Source: Carpediemonas membranifera BICM (lineage: Eukaryota > Protista > Fornicata). From it: a DNA stretch of 64,000 bases. Location of the stretch: positions 248,001 through 312,000 of the forward strand of contig JAHDYR010000001.1 in assembly GCA_019828565.1 (NCBI GenBank). The letters run 5' to 3'. A program made the translations under genes and the position numbers. Under the pieces are notes generated by a model, which saw only the letters and a program-made list of their open reading frames with translations, had not been told where the DNA came from and did not search any database. Positions within the stretch are counted from its first letter, which is position 1. Each line of letters begins with the position of its first letter. Positions 11,019 to 21,350 of the stretch are shown one piece after another.

Positions 11019-11218
11019 AGGAGTGAGTGTATGCCCTTGTTGTAAATGATCTTGCTGGACAATGCTGGGGAAGAGAGTTGTCCTTCACCGTGGATCCTGG
11101 CTACTTGATGGTAGTTCGGTGGATCAGATATACACCGCATGATGACTGTGGGTCGGCCTGATACAGTCTGCGCGTCGTGACGCAAAACTGCGCGACTGTG
11201 GACTGATGACATGTAGCA

Positions 11219-12406
11219 ATGAAGCTGATAGCAGAACGGCACAATCCGTTCGTGAAGTACGTGGAGTTCGTCGCAAGGTACTGTGAGATCACTTTTGAGA
11301 TCGAATACATCACTACAACACAATCTTCCGTCTTGAAGCGAAAGAATCCTCTTTCCCGCCTCCCAGTGCTCGAACTCGACAGTATCCACCCAATTTTTGA
11401 GTCAGACAACATAGTGATGGCTCTTGCGGAGATGAAACCCGAACTTAACCTCCTCGGCATCGATTTCTTCACCCGTTGCCAGGTTCGCCAATGGCTCTTC
11501 GCCATCTCCCTCGATCTCGACACCAAGATGTGGCCATGGCTTGGTCCAATGCTAGGCATTGTCCCTTTCAATGGCGCTGTGGTCAGCCAAGCAAGGAGCG
11601 AGTCGATTCAGTTCCTCACCACCGTCAACGAACATCTGGAGCAGAACACGTTCGTAGCAGGACAGAGGCTGAGTCTGGCAGACTTCGCGCTGCTTGGGAT
11701 AGTCGATGTCTATTTCCGACACCTCCTTGACGCTAAAGTGCGAAGTCTTTTCCCGGCTGTCATCCGCCACCACCGCATGATGTCATCCCTCCAAGCCTAT
11801 GACGAGATCTACGGCGACGTCAAGCTATGCGACAAGCCGCCCCAGCCTCCTCGCAAAGCCCCCTTCCAGAAACCGAAGCCGCCGCCGCCTGTGCACCGAA
11901 CGAACGAGTATCTCTCCCGCCTGCCCAAGCCGGCATTCACGTTGGAAGAGTGGAAGAAGATTTATGAGGAGAAGAAGGGCTCGGACGAGGCGGTAATGTG
12001 GCTATGGGCCCACCTCCGGCCTGGTGACTACTCCTTCTGGAAGTGCATCTATCGCTACTACGACGAGCTCGAGGTTGGGTACAAAACTGCGAACCGGTGT
12101 GCCAGTTTCTTGGAAGAATGCGAGGTGATTAGGCCCATGGCATTCGGGGAGATGGTCATCACCAAGGATCAGAGGAAGCCATACTTCAACATGTTCGGTG
12201 TGTTCATGATTAGAGGGCCAGATATCCTGCCGGAGTTTGAGAAGGGGAACGTTCATCAGCTCTCGATTGCAAAGGACTTTGACTTCACCGAGTTGAAAAT
12301 CGACTCTGAGTTTGATCGGAAAATGATTAGTGATGTGTTCTCGTGGTCGAGCGACGATAACTTCGGTGGCCTGGGTGTGTTTGAGGAGGGAAACGAGCTT
12401 AATTAA
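11219..12406 (+). CDS. EEF1G: Elongation factor 1-gamma (GST-like + EF1G domain)
   Basis: GST N/C fold (NPL.RLPVL, IFES, HL..NTF..G.R.SLAD) and C-terminal F.LEEWK..Y, YSFW...Y.Y..EL, G.F..RG. Confidence 0.9.
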   Translation: MKLIAERHNPFVKYVEFVARYCEITFEIEYITTTQSSVLKRKNPLSRLPVLELDSIHPIFESDNIVMALAEMKPELNLLGIDFFTRCQVRQWLFAISLDLDTKMWPWLGPMLGIVPFNGAVVSQARSESIQFLTTVNEHLEQNTFVAGQRLSLADFALLGIVDVYFRHLLDAKVRSLFPAVIRHHRMMSSLQAYDEIYGDVKLCDKPPQPPRKAPFQKPKPPPPVHRTNEYLSRLPKPAFTLEEWKKIYEEKKGSDEAVMWLWAHLRPGDYSFWKCIYRYYDELEVGYKTANRCASFLEECEVIRPMAFGEMVITKDQRKPYFNMFGVFMIRGPDILPEFEKGNVHQLSIAKDFDFTELKIDSEFDRKMISDVFSWSSDDNFGGLGVFEEGNELN

Positions 12407-12604
12407 GGTAAAGATGGAATTGTAGACAGGGGCACAATTGAACCAATGGTGCGCAGGGTGGAACGAAAAGAAGGCGGTGAAATATAAAGTATTGCTGTGG
12501 ATAGGTAACTAGATCCGGCGGCATCTGTTGTGTTTTCTCGGTCGACTCGGCAAGCCTTGTCCGGCAGGTGGGCTTTCGCAGTTTTGGACAACGGCATTTT
12601 CTCA

Positions 12605-13420
12605 ATGTCGAGCCAAAGTATCTCCAAAAAGCAACTTAGTGTCGGCAAGAGCATAGGGAAAGGCTTTTTCGGTCAGGTATCAGCAGGGACGTATAAGGCG
12701 CCCGATGGGAAGAAGTATGACGTCGCCATCAAGAAAATCCCAAAATCCACAGCCGAAGAAGACATACAGCTCTTCCACAGAGAGATTGAGTGCATGCTAG
12801 CGATGAACATTCCAGAAGTCGTCCGATTCCACGGCTCCTACGAAGGATCCACGCACTTTTATCTAGTCTTCGAACTTATGGAAACAGATCTCGCCAAGCT
12901 CATCGCCAAGGAGGCCCTGTCTTGGGCTGACCGTATAGACATGGTAATATCGCTAGTGAAGGCTGTTTCATACATGCATGCACACAGTATGATTCATAGA
13001 GACATTAAGGGAGAAAACGTCCTCGTGAAATCTGTAGACGGCAAATGGCAAGCGAAACTCGCTGATCTCGGCCTGTCAAGAGTATATGACCCCAACAAGA
13101 CCCTCACTATCGCCCGTGGTACCACTTTCTGGATGGCGCCCGAGGTAATCATGACAAATCGCTACGGTCCGTCCGCAGATATATTCAGCGTCGGCATGAC
13201 GATCGCAGAGATCATCATGCGGCGGACACCCGACCCCAAGGATCTGCCGCGACTCAATTCCTTCCTGGTGGACGGCAGTAAGCTTGATGAAGTGTTTCCT
13301 GACGACACGCCGGCCGACCTCAAAGAGATCGTACGGTCGTGTTGTTGCACTGAGCCTGACAAGCGACCGACCGCGATGGAGCTTCAGAAGCGCCTAGAAG
13401 CGCTCCGAGCCACTCTTTAA
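12605..13420 (+). CDS. Protein kinase (TKL-like)
   Basis: IGKGFFGQV, VAIK, HRDIKGEN, DLG, GT.FWMAPE, DIFS.G. Confidence 0.93.
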   Translation: MSSQSISKKQLSVGKSIGKGFFGQVSAGTYKAPDGKKYDVAIKKIPKSTAEEDIQLFHREIECMLAMNIPEVVRFHGSYEGSTHFYLVFELMETDLAKLIAKEALSWADRIDMVISLVKAVSYMHAHSMIHRDIKGENVLVKSVDGKWQAKLADLGLSRVYDPNKTLTIARGTTFWMAPEVIMTNRYGPSADIFSVGMTIAEIIMRRTPDPKDLPRLNSFLVDGSKLDEVFPDDTPADLKEIVRSCCCTEPDKRPTAMELQKRLEALRATL

Positions 13421-13491
13421 CTCGTGTGAGCAGTTTTCCACGTTTTTGCATAAGAAGTGCAGTTTCGAGGAAGCCGTGGTAAAAGAAAAGT

Positions 13492-14006
13492 TTATTCAGC
13501 CTTGTCGAGGTCCAACCTGCAGTCATAAGCGTCCTCTCCGTCGGCGTAGTACTTCTTTTCGACATTATGGACGGTAAAGCCCATAGTTTCGGTGTACAGG
13601 TGGCGTGCGGCCTTGTTTGATTCCCGGACGTGAAGGGAGCAGAACTTGGCTCCGAGGCCTCTCATCTCACGCGTAGCTTGGGTCATCAGCTTTGTAGCGA
13701 TGCCGTTACCGCGGCATGAGCGGAGGACGGCGACGCTTGTGATATGGCCATGGGTGACGGCATTGGGGGTAGTAGATGGGCCCTCGTCCTCGCTAGATAA
13801 GAATGGAACACGCATACATACAGCTTAGAAAGAACATAGCCGACTATACGGCCCTGGGGATCCTCGGCAACCCAGGAAAGCTCCGGCCAACACGTTCCGT
13901 GATAGATGTAGAACTTCATGTGATAATTCTCTGGCAAACAGTAGAGATTGCTCTTTTGCATTCCAAGATAGTCAGACATTGTCCCTCGCCTGATTGTGAT
14001 GACCAT
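13492..14006 (-). CDS. NAA10: N-alpha-acetyltransferase NatA catalytic subunit; 29-nt intron at 13793-13821
   Basis: NL.CLPENY.MK.Y.YH...WP.LS.VA, IVGYVL.KL|EDE, HGHITS.AV.RS.R..GIA..LM, SLHVR.SN, YYADGEDAY. Confidence 0.95.
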
Positions 14007-14074
14007 TTCCGCTCTCAAGGTTCCCACAACGAAGAAAAACATGAGTTCACATAACTCACATAAATCCGCAATAT

Positions 14075-15937
14075 TTACTCGAGATCGTCCAGATCGACGT
14101 CATCCAGGTCGCCCTCACTGTTTTCCGTCGCTCCGTCCTCAGCGTCGCTCTCCTCATCGCTGTCGCTGTCATCCTGAATCAAAGCCATCGGCGTCTCATC
14201 AACCGCGTCGCCAATGCTCATCCTGCTAGTAATAAGCTCCAGCCTACCAGCCAACCGTGCGAACGAATCAGCGTGCTGTGTTCTCTGCTCGATGATGGCG
14301 TAGAGGGGCCCGACCACATCAGCGACGGCCTGGTGCCCGCTGAGAGCCGCAGCATGACAGATAAGAACACCAGAGATCCAGGGAACAAGCAGCGGGGCTC
14401 TACGAGGCTGCTCATCGAGCAGACTGATGAGTTGGCGGATGAACTCGACGGCATCTTGAGGGGTCAGGCCAGCCACGGTGCTCCTGATGAAGCGGGGCTG
14501 GCAGTTCTGGAGGATCAGGTCCCGGTTGGTCTGGTCTTTGTTGGTCAACGCCTGGTGAAGGAGCTCGTGGAGACCAATGTCTTCGGTGCCTTCGATGTTG
14601 CTCTGGACGGCCGCCAGACGCTCGGCGAGTGTGCTTCTGGACATACCGGGGAGAACGGCGTCTGCCATGCCGGCCTGGACCTTCCTTGCGGCCCCAGTCT
14701 CGACCTGGGTGGTCGGCTCGACCAGCACGGACTGAAGCGCCGCAGAATCAGGCTTAGAAGCGTCTATGACTGCGGCGCCTGTGTTCGCGGCCGACCCGAG
14801 TGTGACGACGACTCTAGACCCAGATCTGTGGGTCAGCCCGATGACTGGACAATCTGCGGTGATCGGGGTGGGTGTGACCATGGCGGTGGTGTACTCAGCC
14901 TCCACAGCCTTCTTGCGGCCCCTACCCCGTGTGGCCTTGGTCACCTTGCCGATTTGAACAGCGGTAGTGGTGGCTGCGGCGACGTAGAGGATCGTGGCCG
15001 TGGGGGCGAGGGCCAGGTGCTTGATGTCGGACTGAGCGCCCACGCCGAGGGTGTAGGAGAGTGATCCGACGGGTGTGACCGTGCTGGGTGTGGCAGGGTC
15101 GAGCTTGAAGAGCTGGAGGGCGTTGGCCTGCTGGGCGGCAATGACGGGTGCACCGTCGAACTGGACAACATCTACGAGTGTGCCGCGCACCTTGCTGAGT
15201 ACATGCGCCGCGCCGTCCACTGTGTGGAGTGTGACCGCGCTGTTTCTCTTGCTCGTGGTGAAGAGGCCGAGCTCGGTCACAAGCATCGAGCCTGGGGCGT
15301 CCACGCGAGACACGGTGTGGATGGGCTCCAGGGGAGACTCTGTGAAGGCTGCAGGCAGGGGAAAGAGGTCGAGCTGGCCCTTCTGGCCGGAACCGTGGTG
15401 GACGGCGACGTGGTTGTCTCCGATGGCGACGGCGTTGACTTTCGCGGTTACTGCAAGGGGCTGAGCAATCTCTGCACCTTTTCTGACAATGTACGCGGTG
15501 TTATGCCTCGTCTCGGTGCTGGGCTCGACGCCAACGATGACAGTGGCGATGGGTTCAGTAAAAGTCGTGGAAGTGGTCGCTTTCCGCTTCTTGCCAGCGG
15601 TCGAGCTGGTAGTAGCATTCTGGCCAATGCAACGAAGAGCTGTTTGTACAATCGGGGTTTTGAAGGCATAGAGCTCCTCCGCATTGAAAACAGAGGAATG
15701 CTCGGACAAATCCCGTTCACAAAGCTGCAGCCTATCACCAAGACCTATAACACATCTCCACATCGTGGAAACATCAACAGAAATGCCGTCAGTAGCCTTC
15801 ATCGACGCTGAGCTCAAGGTGCAGTTTATGTATCGAACGTGGAACCGACCTGCCCTGTCCTTTCCGTGTATGGCGGAGAGCAATATCAACCCATCTGGCT
15901 GTCCTGAGTATCCATTATTACCGCACTGCTTGGTCAT
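14075..15937 (-). CDS. UTP5: U3 snoRNP-associated UTP5/WDR43-like protein
   Basis: Beta-propeller-like N-terminal part, Utp12-type domain (LL.QAL...D...I..TV..L...W...L..H...L.GRL.L), acidic tail. Confidence 0.75.
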   Translation of the reverse strand: MTKQCGNNGYSGQPDGLILLSAIHGKDRAGRFHVRYINCTLSSASMKATDGISVDVSTMWRCVIGLGDRLQLCERDLSEHSSVFNAEELYAFKTPIVQTALRCIGQNATTSSTAGKKRKATTSTTFTEPIATVIVGVEPSTETRHNTAYIVRKGAEIAQPLAVTAKVNAVAIGDNHVAVHHGSGQKGQLDLFPLPAAFTESPLEPIHTVSRVDAPGSMLVTELGLFTTSKRNSAVTLHTVDGAAHVLSKVRGTLVDVVQFDGAPVIAAQQANALQLFKLDPATPSTVTPVGSLSYTLGVGAQSDIKHLALAPTATILYVAAATTTAVQIGKVTKATRGRGRKKAVEAEYTTAMVTPTPITADCPVIGLTHRSGSRVVVTLGSAANTGAAVIDASKPDSAALQSVLVEPTTQVETGAARKVQAGMADAVLPGMSRSTLAERLAAVQSNIEGTEDIGLHELLHQALTNKDQTNRDLILQNCQPRFIRSTVAGLTPQDAVEFIRQLISLLDEQPRRAPLLVPWISGVLICHAAALSGHQAVADVVGPLYAIIEQRTQHADSFARLAGRLELITSRMSIGDAVDETPMALIQDDSDSDEESDAEDGATENSEGDLDDVDLDDLE

Positions 15938-16174
15938 AATCCGATCACCATGACTCAGGAAAACTGCAAGACATCTTTACCGGGCACTCTCATCGCACCA
16001 TACCATCATGTCCTATTGCGAGTAACCTCACCAACCACTGATTTCACCATCATATCCTCGCTACGACCTTGTGCGCGGGCCAGCCGATGCCCAGGATTCC
16101 GCTCCAGCAAACTGCTCAGCTGGTGTCGATATACCATAAAGCGCATACTATAACGGTAGTAGTATCACTGTCCT

Positions 16175-16513
16175 CTATATTGCGCTGTGTTTCACGGCCT
16201 GTACTCTCGTCTCATGGAGCTGGGACGGGTGCATTTGGGACGAAGGGAGAGGGCGCGGCGGGTGGTTGATGCAGATGCCAAAGAAGTCCTCTAGTACCGG
16301 ATAAACATCGTCGCATTTGAGATCATCGCGTCCGCTAATGCTTTTGTACTGCTGAGCCTGTTGTACGAGCGTTTCGACGAAATCAGCAGCAAGGTCCTTC
16401 AGAAAATCCATTCCGTTACGTTCAATAGAACCTTCTACACCATGTGCTTGCAATAGCATCATCAGATCTTCATCGCGGAACTCTATCTGGCGGCCAGTGA
16501 ATGGTGTCGCCAT
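16175..16513 (-). CDS. TAF12: TFIID subunit TAF12-like histone-fold protein
   Basis: L.DLA.DFVE..V..A......R..L...DV...LE..F.I. Confidence 0.7.
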   Translation of the reverse strand: MATPFTGRQIEFRDEDLMMLLQAHGVEGSIERNGMDFLKDLAADFVETLVQQAQQYKSISGRDDLKCDDVYPVLEDFFGICINHPPRPLPSSQMHPSQLHETRVQAVKHSAI

Positions 16514-16545
16514 TTCGCAGCTTAGCCGCGGCAGCGAGTTCGGTG

Positions 16546-16827
16546 TGTGCTATTGAAGGGTCAAACAATGTGTTTATACTGCGCAACACTGCCCTGTCTG
16601 CCTCCTACTCACGACTGTGGCGTTCTCTTGCCACTGGAAGATGAGCTCAGTGGCTCTCCGTTCAGTCGCACATTGTTCCCGCGTCTTCCAACATCATTCC
16701 AGTATCATCAATTGGCTAACCGCCAACATTCGTCTACGGACGGATGATGTTGTGCAGTTTGGCACTTTGATCGTTCCTTTCAGGCCCTGTCTGGGAGGTT
16801 CGAACAATGTGTTTATACTGCGCAACA
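16546..16827 (-). mobile_element. 282-bp TG...CA mini-element (solo-LTR/TRIM-like), copy 1; TSD CGGTG
   Basis: Begins TGTG and ends AACA; flanked by CGGTG at 16541-16545 and 16828-16832; near-identical inverted copy at 43803-44082. Confidence 0.9.
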
Positions 16828-18012
16828 CGGTGATTCCGGCCAAGGCGTAAATTGAAGTTACACAGTTCAAGACGTAGACTTCAATGGAACATTACTGTTT
16901 CCGAGTCAGGATCCGGTTCCGCAGGGTGGCTTGGCAGGACCTTGTAACCTTGGCAGGACACGCCGCACGTGTCGCCCGCCCAGAGGTATGTGACGTGACG
17001 TGAATTGGTCTCCGAGTGCCGATCAAGGCATCACTTGTGTACTTACCAAAGGTCAATCAATGCTTCTATACTGCTCAAATAGTCGGGTTGGCATGGCTTC
17101 ATTTCCGGGAAAGACTTGTTCCAGAACCACTTCGAGGCGCCCTCAGGCCTTTGTACCGACATGACAGCGGCATGCCTTTGTCAACTCGCCGTGCGGGTAG
17201 GGGCAGCTGGGTGGGTATTCATTAATAACTCCAAGGTCAAGTTTGTTGGCGATTGTCGACGTGGTCAGAGCAGATCCTGCTTACGTCGTGATCTGGTCAA
17301 GAGTGGTCTAATTGTTACTCTTAACACAATTCTCCCTTGTCAATTATCGATTGTGTGTGTGACATGTTGACACCAGATCATTTTGCTTCTGCTTCAACTA
17401 AATTACTAGGACGCGCACGGGGTGGGGAGTGGGGAGTATCAGGCAATGTCAACTGGGGGTCTTTCGATTCATTTAGGTCAACCCACACACACCAGAATAG
17501 AAATTCAGATTATGAACGCGATCAAACTTGCAGTTTTTGTTCTCCCTCTTAGTTGTTACTACGCTACAGTACCATGCCGTCACCCTACTGGCACTAGTGG
17601 TGCAACATTATGCCTCCAGAAAATGAAGTCGTCATTACCTATCGACATCCAATTCAAAGAATTGAGCAGAGATCAGTCTTAAGTTTAAGCGTAACAAATG
17701 CTTAAAAACAATCATAAAACACATTGCCAGACCCCTGATTAGCAAATATTTACTTCTCCCCTTGAATCAGTTTTCGCTTCTCTGAGCATGAACTTTCAGA
17801 CACAGCTAAAACCCTCATCATTTACCCCATCCGAACTTATGCCAATCAAACCCAACTCTTCATTTCTGCTCGACCATTGCGCCACAAAATTCTCAGTGGA
17901 AGATGCAGAGTCGACCCGACTCCAGTTTTTGCGCAAAACGCCAAAAAATTGCAGAGGTCCGACTAATTGGTTTGTTTATTGAGGTACATCCTTCAAATAC
18001 AAGCTACATACA

Positions 18013-18888
18013 TCATAAATCCTCCATCAGCGCACGCTTAGCCTCCACAGGCGTCGTGATGGCAGACCTGGCGACGCCCTGGTAATGGTGCATCATGAGT
18101 CGCCGAGTCACGCTATCAGCCGCATCCATGTCCACACCAGCCCTAGAGAGGCGCTCTAGGCACTTATTCGAGCAGTCAGAGGGGCTAATAAACATAGCGG
18201 CGTTGAGCATGCCCACGGCCATGGCGCAGGGAGACACCTGAGCCATCGTGTAGTCGGGCAGAGTATCGAAGACGAACTTCGAGCATAGCGACCAGAGCTT
18301 CTGGATGCTGGTTTCGGGAATTCCAGTTGAGGCGACCAGACCGAGGATGAAAGAAAGGGCGCGGTGAGCCGTGGGGACGTAGGCGTTCCAGTCTACAGCC
18401 CGCAGGACAAAGTGTTCCGCCTCCATAAGCTCCTCGACAGAGTAGAGGTTGTCGGTGTACCTGACAAGGTTGGCGAGGGATGGTATCTCGTCGTCCTCGA
18501 GCTTGGCGGAAACAGAGATGGAGGCGAGGGTCAGGAGTTGGATGGCCTGGCGACGGACCTGGGAGTGGGCGAGGCAGTGGTCGAACAGGCGGATGGCGCG
18601 CTCGCAGACGATGGGGGGGTAGGCGTCATAGGTGCAAATGTCAATGATGAAAGAGACAGCCTCCTGACGCATGTCGGGAGTAATGTAGCTCTTCTGAACG
18701 TTCTTAAGGTAGTTGTTGCTCACTGGGGATGATGCTTCCTTCCTCATGTGGGACATAAGGGAGAAAGACCAGTTCTGCAACGCGGAAGCACCAACCATCT
18801 CGGACAGCGATTCACTGCTAATGCAACGAACGTTAAACGCTGTTGTAAGGTGAGATGTAAGTGAATCCAATGCGAACGGAGCGGCCAT
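18013..18888 (-). CDS. Cyclin (cyclin N and C domains)
   Basis: YL..VQ...IT..MR...V..I.D.C, A..LFD..L, QLL..A...S.KLE, Y...E....E..VL..VDW. Confidence 0.9.
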   Translation of the reverse strand: MAAPFALDSLTSHLTTAFNVRCISSESLSEMVGASALQNWSFSLMSHMRKEASSPVSNNYLKNVQKSYITPDMRQEAVSFIIDICTYDAYPPIVCERAIRLFDHCLAHSQVRRQAIQLLTLASISVSAKLEDDEIPSLANLVRYTDNLYSVEELMEAEHFVLRAVDWNAYVPTAHRALSFILGLVASTGIPETSIQKLWSLCSKFVFDTLPDYTMAQVSPCAMAVGMLNAAMFISPSDCSNKCLERLSRAGVDMDAADSVTRRLMMHHYQGVARSAITTPVEAKRALMEDL

Positions 18889-19216
18889 TAAGGAGAACTG
18901 GCCAGCTTGGCGCGTGAACGACTGTGATCGACTGTGGACAAAAGAAACTTTTTGGCGCGGAAAAGAAAAGTGTGTGATTGGAAACTGATTAAGACCCTCC
19001 TATGGGGTTATAGCGTGGGTTAGGGGTCGAGTGGCCTTCTCTTCTCGGAAAAATGTGCGGGTTAAGTCGGGGAGTCTCCTGCGAAATCCGATTCAATGCG
19101 GCGTTAGCTTCGGTGTTGTATGCTGGCCACGTGTATCACTTTTCAGCACTTGGCCGACTCTGTAGGAAATATTTCACACTTTTCCGGCGCGGGACATTTC
19201 TACGCACCTTAAGGTA

Positions 19217-19547
19217 ATGTCGCTCGAACGGCTAGACGCTCTAGAAGCAGCTATTGATGCACTTAGTGCACACATGAAGGAAGCATCTGCTCAAACTGAA
19301 ACATGCGCCTTTCCTCCGTTCGATTTGGCCGGAATCGAGATTGCAAATGCTTTTTCGGCTTGTTCTGCCTTCTATTGTTCGTTTCAACCATCATACTAGT
19401 TATCTAGCCCTTATGTCGCTCTTAGGAAATCCCGCTGAGCTCCCAGAACATGATATTATGCAGGCATTCACTCAGTGTAACACTCTTTTCAAAGAGCTGC
19501 GAACCAAACGAGCCGAACAGGCAGAAACAGTTGGCGCAAGCAGGTGA
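19217..19547 (+). CDS. C1D/Rrp47-like exosome cofactor; 31-nt intron at 19377-19407
   Basis: Intron GTTCGT...GTTATCTAG joins ORFs 19217 and 19341 to give A......AF...S.FYSLM.L.G.P....H.I; resembles the Sas10/Utp3/C1D pattern. Confidence 0.55.
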
Positions 19548-19785
19548 GCTGGCCCTTTGAGACACTTTTCATGTCCCGCCCGAGTAAATACGGCTATGGA
19601 TTCTTTCATTGGCGAGTATTGGTGCTCTCGCTCCAAACAGCAAATAACCAAGTTCAGCTCCAGATCGGCAAGCTAGGACCACAACAAGCCAGCCCAGTCC
19701 AAGTATACTTTATCCTAGTAACATAAACGATAAACGCCGCCCCACTACCATTCCTTTGCCAGTCCGTTGCCACCCTTGGAGAGAC

Positions 19786-21162
19786 TCAGCCCAACTCGTC
19801 CAAGATGCTCTGAATAAGGGCAGAGTCGATCTCAGAAGTCCAGATCTTGCCTGAGCACGCGGAATCCAGTGCCTCCTGGATCTTATCGCACTCTGCTCGC
19901 AGTTCCTCAATCTCCTCTTCCAAGCCTCTAATCAATTGATTAGTTTCCATCTCCTCTCCAATAGTTTCACGGATCTGCTCATTGGCTCTGCTTAGCTGGG
20001 CAGCCAGGGTGTCCTTCCGCTCTTGCAGCGAACGTACGGCAGCCTCTCGCTCCAGCACCATTCGACGGGTGGCGTGAGCTTTGCTCAGCTCGGTCTTGAC
20101 CTTAGCTATCTCCTGATTGGTCCCCTCAAGCTTTGCCTGGGCCTGCTCAATGCTTGCACTGAGTCGACTGGCCTCTGACTCGGCTTGAGTCAGCATGCCT
20201 TTGAGTTGTCTCTGACGGGCTTGGTAATCCTGACTTAGCACAGAAGCGGCAGTCTCAAGCTCCTTCTTGGACTCCTGGAGGCCTTCAAACGCCTTCTTAA
20301 GGTTTCCCTTGGCCTCACCGATCGTTTTCTTCGACTCGGCTAAAACTGCACACTGTTTGTTCTTAGCGTCAACAAGACACCTCCTGGCGGCAACTACCGA
20401 GGCTTGAGTGTTGTTACATAGCTCCTGCATTGTCTGGACGTCCTCAGTAACCCTGGCAGCCTCATCGTGCGCGGAGCTGAGCTCTACCTCGCGCTGAAGC
20501 TCAAAGATCCGCCGGGCAGTCTTTTCTCGCTCATCTACAGCGCGCACAGTGGCCTTTCTCATGTCCTCTGTATGAGCTTCGGTTTCTTCAAGCACGGCGA
20601 GTCTGGCATGGAGCTCCTCTCGCATCGCCGCAGCCTTGTCCACCACCGCCTCCCTCTGCTTGATCAGGTCCTGCAGCTCGACGGTGAGCTCCCCGTTCTC
20701 TGCTATGAGCTGCTTGGCAGTCTCCTGGTGGCGTTGGATCATGGCTTGCATGGAGAGCAGACCTGCAGCCCCAGCATTCGTCGAGGTGCATTCTTGGCGC
20801 ATTGATTCGACTTGCTCTTCTAATGCGTCGAGATCTTCCTTTCCTTTGGTGAACGGGGCTTGCTTTTCTTCGAATTTGGACCACAGAGCTGCCTTTTGGT
20901 TCGAAAGATTTGTGAGCTCGGCTTCGTAGATGCGAATTTCACGGCCAGCCTTTGATATTTTAGGCTTTACGGCCTGAATCTGCTGTTGAAGTTCGGAAAT
21001 GCGTGCTTCTCGGTCTGCTATGGCCTTAAGGACGGAACTGAAGTTGTTAGAAGATAGAGACGCACCTGGATCAAGCTGAGAACTTTTTAGTTGTGAATTT
21101 CTACTATTGCCTGGGTTTGAAGTGCTTTGTGCTCTTTCCCAGGCTGTTTCAAAAACACTCAT
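19786..21162 (-). CDS. Long coiled-coil protein
   Basis: Heptad-rich E/Q/K/A/L ORF; ATG of MSVFET at 21162. Confidence 0.75.
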   Translation of the reverse strand: MSVFETAWERAQSTSNPGNSRNSQLKSSQLDPGASLSSNNFSSVLKAIADREARISELQQQIQAVKPKISKAGREIRIYEAELTNLSNQKAALWSKFEEKQAPFTKGKEDLDALEEQVESMRQECTSTNAGAAGLLSMQAMIQRHQETAKQLIAENGELTVELQDLIKQREAVVDKAAAMREELHARLAVLEETEAHTEDMRKATVRAVDEREKTARRIFELQREVELSSAHDEAARVTEDVQTMQELCNNTQASVVAARRCLVDAKNKQCAVLAESKKTIGEAKGNLKKAFEGLQESKKELETAASVLSQDYQARQRQLKGMLTQAESEASRLSASIEQAQAKLEGTNQEIAKVKTELSKAHATRRMVLEREAAVRSLQERKDTLAAQLSRANEQIRETIGEEMETNQLIRGLEEEIEELRAECDKIQEALDSACSGKIWTSEIDSALIQSILDELG

Positions 21163-21189
21163 ATCATAGAGTGCAGAAGTATCATAGAG

Positions 21190-21350
21190 TGCACAGTGCA
21201 AGCACTGCGTCTCTCCACTTCAATTAGCTTGCCCGGAGGCGAAGACTAGCGGCTGGTTAGCCGTAATTGGTGTATTGGGGTTATAGTTGGGAAGACGGGC
21301 TGGAGGTCTTGGATTTCTGAAAGCACTGGCTTGATACTGTGCATCCGTCA
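21190..21350 (-). ncRNA. Candidate Fanzor omega-RNA scaffold (boundaries approximate)
   Basis: Stem-loops at 21250-21263, 21225-21248 and 21192-21209 (CAGUG-CUUG-CACUG) overlap and follow the Fanzor 3' end, where TnpB/Fanzor omega-RNAs are encoded. Confidence 0.45.

Noticed and set aside
16564-16828. Two 26-bp direct repeats read as a minimal CRISPR array
   Set aside because: Only two repeats with a ~213-bp interval, no cas genes, and a eukaryotic context; they are explained as terminal repeats of a TSD-flanked element.
16851-16885. 8-bp inverted repeat ATTGAAGT/ACTTCAAT beside element copy 1
   Set aside because: It lies outside the TSD, is absent at copy 2, and is short enough to occur by chance.
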